A stretch of DNA of 64,000 bases from Felis catus. Its lineage: Eukaryota. Shown piece after piece: positions 1 to 12,338 of the stretch. Each line of letters starts with the position of its first letter. The first letter of the stretch is position 1. The notes under the pieces were generated by a model. That model did no database searches. It worked only from the letters and a program-made list of their open reading frames with translations, and had not been told where the DNA came from. Where the stretch lies: positions 64,048,001 through 64,112,000 of the forward strand of contig NC_058368.1 of assembly GCF_018350175.1 (NCBI RefSeq), written 5' to 3'. Made by a program: the position numbers and the translations under genes.

Positions 1-120
1 AGAATTTGTTACCAAATTCAGGAATGTTTAGAAATGACTCATCACTTTTATAAGGAACAATTCTGGGAAAGATAAACTACTGCCTGAAAATGATTTTTTA
101 GTTTACTTTTGTATCTGTCC

Positions 121-377
121 TACATTCACTCTGATACAGATATGAGCTCTCATATTACAAACATGTTGCCAAGCCCTGGAACTAGAGGATGATTAGGACA
201 GACATGCTAGTTGACCTTAAGAATTTACAGTCTAGAAGGGAGTTACAGACATTAAACACATCCTTGTGAATTAATTACTTAATTACAGTGATGATACATG
301 CATCCCAGAAAACGAGGTATTAGCAAGCAATAGCTGAAGTGAGAGCAAATAACACAGGAGATACCCAAGTTGGTGGT
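121..377 (-). mobile_element. L2 LINE 3'-end fragment (old)
   Basis: Resembles the antisense L2 3' end (ccttaagaatttacagtctagaaggg...acagacattaaac); interrupted by the MLT1 LTR. Confidence 0.55.
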
Positions 378-760
378 TGTATTAGTTTCCTGTGGCTGCT
401 GTAACAGATTACCACTGAGAAACTTAAAACCACAAAAATGTATTCTCTAATAGTTCAGAAGTCTGAAATTCATATCACTGGGCCAAAATCAAATTATTGG
501 CCAGACCAAACTCCCTCTAATGGCTCTAGGGAGAATCCATCCCTTGCCTCTTCCAACTTCTAGAGTTTCTAGGCTTGTGGCTGTGTCACTGTGACCCCTG
601 ACTTGTGATCCCACTGTCATCTTCTCTTCCTTCCTTTAGAAAGAAATCTCCCTCTGTCTGCCATTTAAGGAGATATAGGTGATTGCATTTGGGGCTCACC
701 CAGATAATTCAGGGTAATCTCAAAATCCTTAAATGAATCATTACTGCAAAAATCTTTTTG
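378..760 (-). mobile_element. MaLR LTR fragment, MLT1C/D-like
   Basis: Starts tgtattagtttcctgtggctgctgtaaca. Contains ggctctagggagaatccatcccttgcctcttccaacttct and gggctcacccagataattcaggg, typical of antisense MLT1. Confidence 0.85.
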
Positions 761-2539
761 ATGTTTAGTGCAGCTGACTGAGGAAAGGGTCTAAAGGTAC
801 AGAACTTTCCAGGCAGGGAGGATGGAGTGTGTAAACCCTGAGAGATGTGGCAGAAATCATTTAAGTGACTGAGAAAAGATAAGAAGAAGGGAAGTAAAGA
901 GAGTGAGGGAGAGATTGGCCACATTTTCCCAAAGGTGTGGAATCTCTAAGTCATCTGGGCCAGAAATACCCAGATGGGCTATCAGAAATGTCCTGTATTC
1001 TGTGTATGCATATTTTTCATATAGTGAGTCAGCCAAATTTGTTTCTGGGGTATATACAGTTGTTGGGGATCTAAAAGTCCCTGGGCATGTATAGTTCTGT
1101 CTGTGGAACTAAGTCCAGCTGTTTTCTGCACAGCACAACTGAGTTTGCCAAAAAATAGCTGGAGGAGAAATTTTCTCATATATGCAAGTGGACACATTAA
1201 ATTCTGTTATGCAAGTGGACTGTTTTCTCAGGACTGTGTGATAACAGAAAGTTGGCTATGGTCTAGTTAAGATGAAGTATGGACAAAAAGCTTAGTTATT
1301 TCCCCACCTTCACCTCCTCCTTGCTCTTCATAATAACTATGATTTGAAACCTATCGATTTGTATTTTGAGATTCAACAGACCACAAAATAGAATTGTTGG
1401 ACAGAACTTCAAGTTGGCATCAGAGACAAGATTGAAACTGGAGATTAAAACTGACGTGTTAAGCTCCAATTCTAATTGCTTTCTAAATACTAATTATTGC
1501 TGGGTTATTTTTGTTAAGAACGGCTATTTACAAATCTTCAAAACTTGAAATCTCTTCCATGGGCCCAGAACTCCAAGTTCTTGCTATTGAAAATACAAAT
1601 AAAGTATATATAAACATTTTTATCCATTTAGTTCTTGTGATTATGCCTGGCTTTTATTAATTCCTAACTAATTTGTGCGATTATGCCTAAGATAAGAGCA
1701 GACGAAAAGTGTTCATAATAAGAGCTACAAAATGCAGACTTTTTGACCTCCTTGACAGGCTCCCATCCCTATCCAAAAATATACGAACCATCCAATACAT
1801 TCAAGACCATCAAAACATCAAGACCATCCAATTCATAGAACATTGATGATGGGCCTGTTTTAAACTTTGGAAATTGAATCTACCAAATAATTTCCTCTTC
1901 AAAGCAACAAGCTACATGTTTTGAAAAGTGATGGAAGAGAAAAGAAAATGATCCCATTAAATGTAGAATGTTTAAATCTATTAGAAAACATTTAACTGTC
2001 AGTTAAAATGTGTCGTGCCATTACACCCACTCTTCCCCTCTCATTGGTGTTTATTTATTGGTAAATTGCTTGTCGTGTTCCTATTTGCCATGTAGTACAG
2101 TAGAGACCATGCATGCAGCTCTTCAGACCAGACCTCTGCTTTCTGATCTATCTCAAGTCCCTTTGACCTTGAGAGTCTTTGTTTATGGTGCTTCAATACA
2201 TTATCCAGAGAATATATTCATTGTGAGTGGTGAAATGAAATATCAATTAAAAACAAAAGTAAATTCAGGGAAATATTAACCATCTGCTCTTCTAAGTTCT
2301 CCAAGGCTACATTTTTCACCAAGTCAGGTAACCAAGCCCCAGGAGAAATGCTTCTTCAGAACTAAAATCTAATATCACACGGACAGCTCTTAACAAAGAT
2401 TCATATAAAAAAGGATCATGTGTACTTATATCTTTGGAACCTTTGAAATTGCTATTGAAGATAATTTTGGTTGTATTGTTCATTGTCTGTTACTTAAGGA
2501 CTCAAGTGCTGTGCTTGAGAGTTTAGGGATACCAAAAGC

Positions 2540-2578
2540 AAAACAAAACAAAACAAAACAAAACAAAACAAAACAAAA
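2540..2578. repeat. (AAAAC)n pentanucleotide microsatellite, 7 full copies
   Basis: Directly visible. Confidence 0.95.
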
Positions 2579-2889
2579 GTGGCTGTTGACATTTGCAAAT
2601 ACCACTTTCATTAACTAATAAGAGCTATTTGAATTCTGGGTTTCCTTTTAGCCTTTACCATCAAGAGGCTTAGGGCTAAGTTTTAGGCTAAAGTGTGGTG
2701 TCTCTTTACTAGGTCTTCTTTTATAATTGTCATCTGCCTCTCTTCATTATTCTGTCATTGTGCCCTTGTTTTATAGTGTCTATGCCTTTTATTTTAAGCT
2801 GTCTCAAAGGCTTTTCTGGAAATATACAGTACATAGGTGCAAAATGATGAAATAAACATACCTCTTCATTTGTTTTAAAACATGGTTCA

Positions 2890-2938
2890 GTTGGACTAGA
2901 TGACCTCTAAGGTCCTCTCCAGCTTTAAATTTATGTGA
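2890..2938 (+). mobile_element. MIR3-like 3' fragment
   Basis: ttggactagatgacctctaaggtcctctccagct resembles the MIR3/L3 tail consensus. Confidence 0.6.
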
Positions 2939-5880
2939 CTGTCACTAAAGACAGACAACAGATCTATTAGGCTATAGGCCAAGAGCTGAATGCCAAGTAC
3001 TATATTCCTGGAATAGGTGTATTTCTTTTTGAAAGCAGAGTGCTGTCTTCAGCCACCTGCTAAGTACCCACATAGTCTTATGGTGATAAAACAGGAGAAC
3101 TGATTGCTAAATAAAAACAAAAACCAAGCAGACAAAAGATCTCGGTTAAAATCTTTTCACTCTTAAGCATCAACAAAAAAATAAATAGAAAGGAGATGAG
3201 CTTAATTATTTCTTTTGAGGCATTATATAGATTTAAGCAATGAAGTTTAGCTTACTGAGTACAGCTAATTCAATGAAATTAGTCACATTTGAATATTGTC
3301 ACAGCCTTGCTACCACATTAGCATTAAGTATGATTAAAATTTATTCTGTGTGCTTATATGGGTCCCCAAAGAATCAACCGTCAACACCTTCATGATAAAC
3401 TAGCCCTTCATAGCTTTCAGGGAAAGTTTACATTCAGGGCAGGTGGTTGGGCTGCTGCTTAAGAGGAGAACAAATCATATTTTAAGATTCTATTTCCTGT
3501 TTGTATGAATTTGGAACACAGGAAATTATCAATAGCATTGTTTACTTTTGCTAGTAAGATGAAAATCATTTAGATTACAGGAAATGCTAGATACTAGGTA
3601 CTAAGAATTTCCAAAGGTGATTATTTTCCTTAAGGATAACTGACTTGTAATGAAAAAACCCAAGCTGTAATTTGAGAGCTGTATTTGAGAAATATAAATA
3701 TTATTTTGTAGTAAATAAAATTTCCCTAGAATAAAGTAGATTATGACTTCAAGGATAGAGGTTTATATGTAAAGTCTATTGATTAATTAAAGTTCAAGGG
3801 GAAATTTGTTTTCATGCAGGTAGCTTCCAGTTTCTTTATAATACTCTGTGTAGTGGGGTAAATATGGTGGCCCTAGGAACCTAGTGGTGGTACTAGTAAC
3901 CTAGTATAGTCTGAAATTCCGAGGTTCTTTCTCTCTGATTTTATTATGGTATATATTAGTAAGAAGTACCCAAGTGTTTCATTTGGATGATACGTTGGTA
4001 GTCTTAGATTATTGTATCTTGTGCCTAATTTTAAAGTATTTATGATGCAGTTGATAGTTTTATATCTGAAATTTAATTAATGTTGGTGTCAATTACATTT
4101 AAAAAATACCAAAACAGGCTGTATAAGATTCTGGGAACTTTTAGGATTTAGTGATGTCTAATACAAGTTTAGTTAAATGAAATTTATACCCTAAACAATT
4201 TCACGTCATTTTTTTGGCTCTAATAGTATTTAATTTATTAGTACTCAGATAATAACATTTTACTTTCATATATTGATAGCAAACAGCGAAGGGAGACAGA
4301 AAATCAGTACAAAATGATGATTATCAGCTATCATAAATCCATGAAAGATAGCTTGTCTCTTACTAAGAAGAATTTAATTTTGAAATGTGTGCCTGAGAAA
4401 TAGAAGTTAGTATAACATTTCATAATTCATATAACAGTATGTGCAGTTGATGGTAGTTAGAAGCGATCATTTTAAATTTGACAGTTACTTTGAAGAAAAT
4501 GAGGATAATTACTTAAACAAACCAAAGGTTTATTATTACTTGCTTTGAATTTTTAATTCAAAAATTTTAAACCATAAAAACAGAGCTTTTGCTATAATTA
4601 AGATATTGATCTTTTCTTGGTAAGATTAGGGAGGGGTTAGGAGAAAAGAAATCATGTAAGGAATGTACTATTTTTTTTTACATGGGGGGAAGTTTACTTT
4701 TAATACAATTTTTATCAGGTAATCAACATTTGTCGAAGTGATAGCCTTCAGAACACCAATGGTTTTGCATGTATAGTCACTAGTTTCTCATGTGCAAATA
4801 TTTTGCAGGTTCATACAGCTGCTTATCTTGTAAAATATCTTGAAACCTGTGATTACCTGGCTAAACTGACAAGCACAAATACATGCCTTGCCGACTGAAG
4901 TTAGGCGGAAGATTGACTGATATCCATTCTTTAATGAGTTCTTGCTTTCTTGCTTTTTCTAAACATGTTCGTATTTTATTTATGGCAGGGAGGGACCTGA
5001 TAAACATTCTTCGTTGGCTACCATACAAAGCATGACGTTGCCTTATTAAAATAATGTTAACGATTGTTATCCATAAGGTATCAGAAATACAATATCTGCA
5101 TCAGAAAATTAATTACCTATAAGTAATGATAACACAATAAGGTCTCTAAGATATATATTTATTTTGACTTCGTTATTTAGGTTCAGAAACATAGATCTCA
5201 AATTTAGACATTATCTATAATTATAAAGCCAAATAAATGGTAGAGATTAACTTATAAATAGTTTGTGGCTCAGCAATTGAAATGAGATAGTGCAATCACA
5301 AAAGGTTTAATCATTTTGAATTGATTCTACAGATGTCTCTATTTTCTAAATCCCCTGTAAGCCTCTTACCTACCATGAAAGGTTAGCCCCATAAACCTGG
5401 CACATAAAATCAATCATATGACTTCTTTTCGTTCTGAGATTTCAAAGATTAAGACCTTCACTGTAGAGGAAAAGTGCTGTACAGAAGCTGCCTGTACATA
5501 AAGCAGCAGTCAGTAGTGGTATTCAGTGTCACCCAAATATTTGATGAAAATTTACACACAAAAATACCAGTGCTACTTACTTTCACATTTGCTGCCAGAA
5601 CCAGGAAGGGAGGCCCAGAAATTATTTGAAAGGACAATTTTTTGTCAAAAAAGAGGTTCATTGATGAATACATGTAATGTCCTTCCCAGACTTTTTTTAC
5701 CCAGGATGGCAATATATTTACCAGAGCCAAAAACACACAGTGTTTTGCCTCCTAGATTTTAGGAGACTCAAAACTCTGGAAATTGAAGGAATTTTAATAT
5801 ACAATCACCTAACCAGATCATACAAAAAAAGTAGCAAACAAGCAAACAAACAAAACACCTATTACTACTGTTATTGCTAA

Positions 5881-5901
5881 ACCACCACCACCACCACCAC
5901 C
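5881..5901. repeat. (ACC)7 trinucleotide repeat
   Basis: Directly visible. Confidence 0.9.
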
Positions 5902-7393
5902 AACATGGTCCCCATTCTCAGTCTTAAAACTCTAACAAAGATGGTGACATGTTAAAAAGAGAAAGTCCCTGATCAAGTGTTTTTCTCATTTCGTATAAAT
6001 TTTGAAGTTCTTATGTCTTGACCCAGTGAAGTTATCAAAGACTTCTCAGACCACTTGAAGTGATTTGTAATGCATTCCAGGGTCAGATTCCAAATATTTG
6101 TCCCCCAGAAATTATGTGAGCACACATCAAAATACCATACTTCTGATGTGCATCTGAAACAAATTCTGTGTTCTAAATAAAGTAAAATTAATACCAACTA
6201 GTAGGGCATGACATGAATTTCAAATAAGAAATGTTGGTAGAGTCTGGAGAAATTCTTTCCTAATGACATACTGTGTATAGATTTAATAACACTTCTTTTT
6301 AATATTTCATATGTTGAACACATAGAGAATTGGAATCTTGTTAATCATCATTTTAAAACATCTTTATAGAATGTAAATAATGTCAGTGCTTGCCTTTTTT
6401 CCATTTTAATGAAAAGCAAGTTTTACTTGGGAAGTGAGTATCCCTATTAAGTTGCTGTCATCCATTACCAGACCTGCTTAGAAGAAATCAGCACAGATGG
6501 TGGGTCTGCTACTTCTCTAACAAAAAATTGGCCCTTTTGGGGGGTGTGTGTGTTTTAATCCCTTTTTCTAGTTGAAATGCAAGCAATTTTTCAAGTTGAG
6601 AAACCTCTATAGGGATCCTTGAAATGTTTTATCCATTACTTGTAGATTAGAAGGAAAATGTGATTAATGATTTATTAAAATTTCATAATAAAAAACTCAA
6701 ACTCTTTGTTAGAAAAATATTTATTTATTTAGAAACCATATTTTTGCATACAAAGGCAAGGCTGCAGGGAGTAAGTTTTTATATCAATCTAGGCTCCTAA
6801 ATTACTAATTTAGTGATGACACTACCATTTAGACCATGTTAAAAATACCTGCGTGGATCTTTTATTTATAGATGGTTCAGAGACAATTTGTTTATTGTAT
6901 ACATATTATGGAAAAAAGAACAAGGAGGTTTTTAATGTGTTTTATTTAGGTTGAAAATACACGCATATAGTAAAATATTCAAACCTTAACTCTACAATTT
7001 GGCATTTTTTGTTTTTGTTTTTTTATTTATACAAAATGAGCATTGTTATGTAACCAGGTCCCAAATCAAGAAACATATTACTAGAACTCCAGGGAGCCCC
7101 TTTAACCTTCTAGACCGTATCTTCTAGAGTAGCAGTTATGGTGATTTAGAACATTATTGACTCATTTTTAAACTTTTATAGATGGGGTAATAGAATATGT
7201 TCCATACCTTGCTTTTTTCATTCCACATTTAGCTTATATAAGATTTTGAGTATAGTTGTCATTCATTCTCATTGCTGTATCATATATCATTATATAAATA
7301 TATGACCATTTATTTTCCCATGTTAATGTTTATGAACATTGAGATTGTGTCCACTTTGGGGCTATTTTGAGTAGTACTTCCCTGAGTGTTCTT

Positions 7394-7604
7394 TATTTTT
7401 ATTTTTATTTTTGAGACAGAGAGAGACAGAGCGTGAACGGGGGAGAGGCAGAGAGAGAGGGAGAGGGAGACACAGAATCGGAAGCAGGCTCCAGGCTCTG
7501 AGCCATCAGCCCAGAGCCCGACGCGGGGCTCGAACTCACGGACCGCGAGATCGTGACCTGAGCTGATGTTGGACGCTTAACCGACTGCGCCACCCAGGCG
7601 CCCC
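7394..7604 (-). mobile_element. CAN-SINE (young SINEC_Fc type), full length
   Basis: Head GGGGCGCCTGGGTGGCGCAGTCGG on minus, B-box GTTCGAGCC, many CpGs retained. Perfect 15-bp TSD tccctgagtgttctt at 7379-7393 and 7605-7619. Confidence 0.97.
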
Positions 7605-7696
7605 TCCCTGAGTGTTCTTATACCTGTCTTTTGGTAAACATTGTTGAGTATATCCTCTGGGCCACGGGATATGTTAGCTTTAAAATACATGTCAAA

Positions 7697-7916
7697 GGGG
7701 CGCCTGGGTGGCGCAGTGGGTTAAGCGTCCGACTTCAGCCAGGTCACGATCTCACGGTCCGTGAGTTCGAGCCCCGCGTCAGGCTCTGGGCTGATGGCTC
7801 AGAGCCTGGAGCCTGTTTCCGATTCTGTGTCTCCCTCTCTCTCTGCCCCTCCCCCGTTCATGCTCTGTCTCTCTCTGTCCCAAAAATAAATAAACGTTGA
7901 AAAAAAAAATTTTTTT
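7697..7916 (+). mobile_element. CAN-SINE (young SINEC_Fc type), full length
   Basis: GGGGCGCCTGGGTGG head, B-box GTTCGAGCC, CT-rich segment, A tail. TSD aaatacatgtcaa at 7683-7695 and 7917-7929. Confidence 0.97.
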
Positions 7917-8319
7917 AAATACATGTCAAGTAGTGGTTTACATTGGTTTATACTCTCACCCACCAGAAGAGGCTCCAGTTCCTCCTGGTATCATCTGTCT
8001 TTTTCATTTAAACCATTCTGGTATGTATGAACAGCCATTGCATTGTGGTTCTCCTTAACCTTACAAAAACAGAAAAGAAGAACTTATTTTTAAAACTTAT
8101 ATTTCACTTGAAGTATCTTAAATGGCCTGCTGCAGACTTTTTCCTTATTTAAATAGTAAATAAGAATAGTGATCCTGAACTATTCTATAAGACACTAGTT
8201 TGGAATGAGATTCTTGATCAATTGTATTTGTGATAACATTTATCTGTGTTATCAACAGTGACAGTTAAGAATAAAAAATGAGATATTCTTCAGATTAAAG
8301 TAACATGACATTCCTACAT

Positions 8320-8470
8320 CTTTTTTTTTTAATGTTTATTTTTGAGAGAGAGAGACAGAGCATAAGTGGGAGAGGGGCAGAGAGAGAGGGAGACACAGAA
8401 TGTAAAGCAGGCTCCAGGCTCCAAGCCATCAGTCCAGAGCCTGATGCAGGGCTCGAACCCACGAACCATA
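8320..8470 (-). mobile_element. CAN-SINE lacking its 5' head
   Basis: Poly-T, gagagagagacagag and gcaggctccaggctc are present. Similarity stops just past the B-box; no TSD found. Confidence 0.9.
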
Positions 8471-8487
8471 AACCAAGTAACAGTTTA

Positions 8488-8817
8488 CAGTTGATCATTG
8501 AAGAATGTGGGGGTTATGAGCATAATCAAAAATCAACATATGACTTTTGACTTCCCCCAAACTACAAATAGCCTACTGTCGACCAGAAGCCTTACCAATA
8601 ACATAAGCAGTCAATTAACACATATTTTGTATATTATATGTATTACATACTAACTATACTTACAGTAAAGTAAGCTAGAGAAAAGAAAATAAAAATGTTA
8701 TTAAGAAAATAATTAGGAAGCAAAAATATATTTATAATATTGTATTTATTGAAAAACAAAATTTATGTATTAGTGGACTGAGGGAAGTCCAAACGTATGT
8801 TGTTCAAGAATTTACTG
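8488..8817. mobile_element. Tigger2-family non-autonomous DNA transposon (Tigger2a-like)
   Basis: Degenerate terminal inverted repeats cagttgatcattgaagaa ... ttgttcaagaatttactg, with TA on both sides (8486-8487, 8818-8819). Internal aatagcctactgtcgaccagaagccttaccaataacataa and aaagtaagctagagaaaagaaaat match Tigger2. Confidence 0.88.
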
Positions 8818-8892
8818 TATTTTAAATTAAGATACAAGACTAACTTTCCATTACTCACTTTGTCTGTGTTTCTAGAGAAATAGGAAAATATT

Positions 8893-9113
8893 TTTTTTAA
8901 TTAAAAAAATTTTTTTATTTTTGAGAGAGAGAGATACAGATACAGCATGAGCAGAGGAAGGGTAAAGAGAGAGAGGAGACAGAGATCCTGAAGCAGGCTC
9001 CAGGCTCCAAGCTGTTAACACAGAGCCTGATGCAGGGCTCGAACTCACAAACTGTGAGATCATGACCTGAGCCGAAGTCAGATGCTTGACTGACTGAGCC
9101 AGCCAGGTGCCCC
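8893..9113 (-). mobile_element. CAN-SINE, full length
   Basis: Complete head to tail. Diverged TSD aaataggaaaatatt / aaacaggaaaatctt. Confidence 0.95.
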
Positions 9114-9394
9114 AAACAGGAAAATCTTAAAGCACGCTTGAAGTCTATTAGTTTCTTTTCACCCCACCAGCTGGTAATATACAACTGTTCTTTGGGATCT
9201 TTGAGGAAAATAGTACATTCTTTCCTAATTATAAATAGTAAAACTTTTGAAAATGCTGTAATTACAGAAAAAAAAGAAAGGATTAAAACAAACAAACAAG
9301 CAAACACTTTGCACCAAGCTAATTGTATCCCAATTTATCTTAGTTGATTTCAGGAGTTTTCATTAATAATTTTTGAGCGATTGTATTTTGGACC

Positions 9395-10030
9395 TCATGT
9401 TCCCTGGATTCATACCCTTGCTGCACACTTAACAAAATGTTGCCTTTGGGAAAGTTACTTAGCCTATTCAGATCCTAGATCCTCAATCTATAGAGTAGGA
9501 ATACTTACAGTATAAAAATTATATGATGTATTAATCTGGGTTCTCCAAGAAGCAGATGCCAAAAAGGGATTAAACCCAAGAGGATTTATTAAGGGAAATA
9601 TCTATCGGAGTAAATGGGGTGGACACTGAGTAAAGCTGGGAAAGCTGTGAGTCATGAAGCACATATGACCCAGAGTGAAGGGGATGGTAAAAAGGTTGAG
9701 TGAAAGCATGCTACCATGTAGTGCAGCCTAAGAAAGGTTAACAAGGGTTTCGGGGAATCCTGAGACACACTTGGTCACCAGAGGAGCCCTGTGTCTTCTA
9801 GTGATGGCCCTGCTTATTAGCTCTGCTGCACGCAGTCACTGGTTGGGGGCAGATGCAGAAATAGATTTCAGAGCAAAGCCCATGTGCCTTTAGGCAATTA
9901 AACTTCCAGTAGTTTGAGGTCTATAGGCACATTCTCATGACCACAACAAATGATTGTCATGTGAATAAAGTGACAAACTACAAAGGAAGTATTTAAAACA
10001 ATGCCTGAATGATAAACATGCATTTGTCTA
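9395..10030 (+). mobile_element. MIR split by an LTR insertion (parts ~9395-9526 and ~9954-10030)
   Basis: MIR core ttgggaaagttacttagcct...cctcaatctataga before the LTR; gtgaataaagtgacaaac...aaaacaatgcctg after it. Confidence 0.6.
9527..9948 (-). mobile_element. ERVL-class solo LTR (LTR16-like)
   Basis: TG...CA ends, 4/5-matching TSD tatga/aatga. Antisense opening tgtattaatctgggttctccaagaagcagatgccaa with a TTTATT poly(A) signal. Confidence 0.75.
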
Positions 10031-10414
10031 TTTATGTGTTCATATTACTCATTATTGTTAATAGTACATTAATAAAGGAGCCACATATTCAATCTGCTTG
10101 AAATATTTTGAAGAAAAATATAATAGTGCTATCGAGGAGTTAAGAAAAGCTTAGTATTTAGATTTTACTCAATTCCTCCTAAGTAAAAAATACTATTACA
10201 CATTAATAGATTTGTGGGCTTGGTTTCCTTCTACCACTGGTTATTGGCACATATTGACAGTGTCTAATGTATATTGGAATGCATAACTCTGTACCTTCTA
10301 TTTCTGCCTGAAGAAGTGGGTTCAAGGTTGTTTTAAAATAAAAAAGATTTATTAATATCATTATTTTTGTCATGTCCAATTGATATTATCAATATGAAAA
10401 AGTTCCATCATTTT

Positions 10415-10606
10415 TGTTTACATTTTTTTTTAAGTTTATTTATTTATTTTGAGAGAGAGAGCAAGAGTGAGCATGTGTACAGCAAGGTAGGGGCAGACAG
10501 GAAGAGAGACAGAATCCCAAGCAGGCTCTGCACCATCAATGCACACCATCTCCTGAGCAGAGATCAAGAGTCGGACACTCAACTGACTGTACCACCCAGG
10601 TGCCCC
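10415..10606 (-). mobile_element. CAN-SINE (older subfamily) with internal deletion
   Basis: agaatcccaagcaggctc variant; B-box segment missing. TSD core ttccatcatttt on both sides. Confidence 0.9.
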
Positions 10607-10724
10607 CCACAATTCCATCATTTAATTGGAAGGATCTAGTTAAGAATTGTTTGATCCACTTTTATGAACTGGTCATTGTGTATGCAAAATTTGGGGGGAA
10701 GCTGGATATTTCTTGAAAATTCTT

Positions 10725-10954
10725 GGGGCGCCTGGGTGGCACAGTCGGTTAAGCGTCCGACTTCAGCTCAGGTCACGATCTCGCGGTCCATGAGTTCGAG
10801 CCCCGCGTCGGGCTCTGGGCTGATGGCTCAGAGCCTGGAGCCTGTTTCCGATTCTGTGTCTCCCTCTCTCTCTGCCCCTCCCCCGTTCATGCTCTGTCTC
10901 TCTCTGTCTCAAAAATAAATAAACGTTAAAAAAAATTAAAAAAAAATAAAAAAA
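10725..10954 (+). mobile_element. CAN-SINE (young SINEC_Fc type), full length
   Basis: Intact A and B boxes, CpG-rich, long A tail. Perfect TSD gaaaattctt at 10715-10724 and 10955-10964. Confidence 0.97.
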
Positions 10955-11812
10955 GAAAATTCTTTTGTGTCACCATATTGTCAACAGTGGATTCTCTTTT
11001 CATTTTTTCAAAGAGATTCCACTGCTGTAGAAAAAATACAGATGGTTCATATGGATAGTTGTGATAGTCTGCTCAAATAGAGGGAAGAAAAATTATATTA
11101 AACATATGAAAATGTTTGTTGAAAAGTCTCTGAGACCACTTTATTATGACTTTTATTTAAACAAACAAATTGCTCAGAGGAAAGTCTTAAGTGGAGAGAG
11201 TATGGAATGTTCAGGGTGTGACCTCCTATCTCTTACTTTTCCCCATTTGTGCTCTTTGCAAATAGAAACCTAGTTATTCTTCACTGTGTGTGTCATTCAT
11301 ATGCCTTTGCCATTTCTCCTGCTGGGATGTCATCCTTTGCTCCGGAGTTTGCGTTAACCATGTCATCTAGGACCTATTCTTTCCGTAATACTTCAAGGGC
11401 TAACACAACCTCTAACTTCTTTAGTGTTTCCCCAAGTGTCTTAGTCAAGATGGACTTCTCTGAATGCTCAGTGTTTACTACCTGTGTTATTCCTACCTCT
11501 CACTTGACATACACAGTTCCTTCTAGCTATCCCCATAGCATGCTAAACCTCTCCTTCCTTCCTAGGATCGTGACTGATGAATCTAAACATGTGTATGCTT
11601 ACTAAGTTGATACTGTGTGATTATCATTTTGGGAAGATAGTAATTTGCAATGACTTTAACCACCTATACAATCACCCCATTACATACAACACAATTTACT
11701 AGACCCTTGTTTAGGTATACGTTGGTGAAAGCTGATTGTGTTTTGTCTACTTGCAAAATATTTTGTCAGTTTAGTTGTTTATAATGTTTGTAATTTTGAC
11801 TTGTGTGGTAAA

Positions 11813-11941
11813 ATATATGTATATGTATTTTATATAAATATATTTGTATATGAATACATATTTAATGTAAATACATATTTATATATACATATATATGTTT
11901 TATGTAAATACGTATGTAATTACATTTAATTATATATATAA
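11813..11941. repeat. Degenerate (TA)n / AT-rich low-complexity tract
   Basis: Directly visible. Confidence 0.85.
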
Positions 11942-12301
11942 TTTCCTGATCCAATATGTAAAAGATACTGTTGGGACTCATTTGTATATTATATAAAATG
12001 AAGTAAGTTGACTCAGATAATATGGATGCAGACATATGTGTCATTCAGCAAGACTTGGTAACAAAGTGAAATGTGTATTCGCTTTCTTTAGTATATTGAT
12101 AAGTGATGTTAAAACACAATCTTTGGTTGGGTCTTTTGAGAGAAAAAACATTAGAGTAGTCTATATTTACATGCTAAGCATTTACCAAAAAAAAAAAATA
12201 CTGTAGCTGTGCCAGGGTATATTGTCATGTACCCTTAAAGGAACAATATTCTGAACTCAAATATGTTCAAATAGTTATGGCAGATCATATTGTGACCAGG
12301 T

Positions 12302-12338
12302 TACTAACTCATATATCTTCCACTTTTCATTTTGTTAG
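12302..12338 (+). promoter_or_regulatory. Branch point (TACTAAC), polypyrimidine tract and 3' splice site of the GPC5 exon
   Basis: Perfect TACTAAC at 12302-12308, branch A at 12307, 31 nt before the end of the acceptor AG. No AG lies between it and 12337. Confidence 0.85.

Larger units (their letters stand above)
6940..8055 (-). mobile_element. Old L1M (L1MB/ME-type) 3' region, interrupted by two SINEs
   Basis: Antisense L1 3' motifs: attcattctcattgctgtat, ccactttggggctatt, tttcatttaaaccattctggt, cattgtggtt. Confidence 0.7.
1..12338 (+). other. GPC5: 3' part of the upstream GPC5 intron
   Basis: No other glypican-like exon is recognisable upstream; repeat-rich sequence ends in the acceptor. 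GPC5 is known for very long introns. Confidence 0.8.

Noticed and set aside
1181..1220. 13-bp direct repeat tatgcaagtggac with a 14-bp spacer
   Set aside because: Two copies only; a local duplication with no array, and CRISPR is not applicable to mammalian DNA.
7697..7780. tRNA-like A/B boxes suggesting tRNA genes
   Set aside because: These are the tRNA-derived heads of SINEs, followed by CT tracts, A tails and TSDs.
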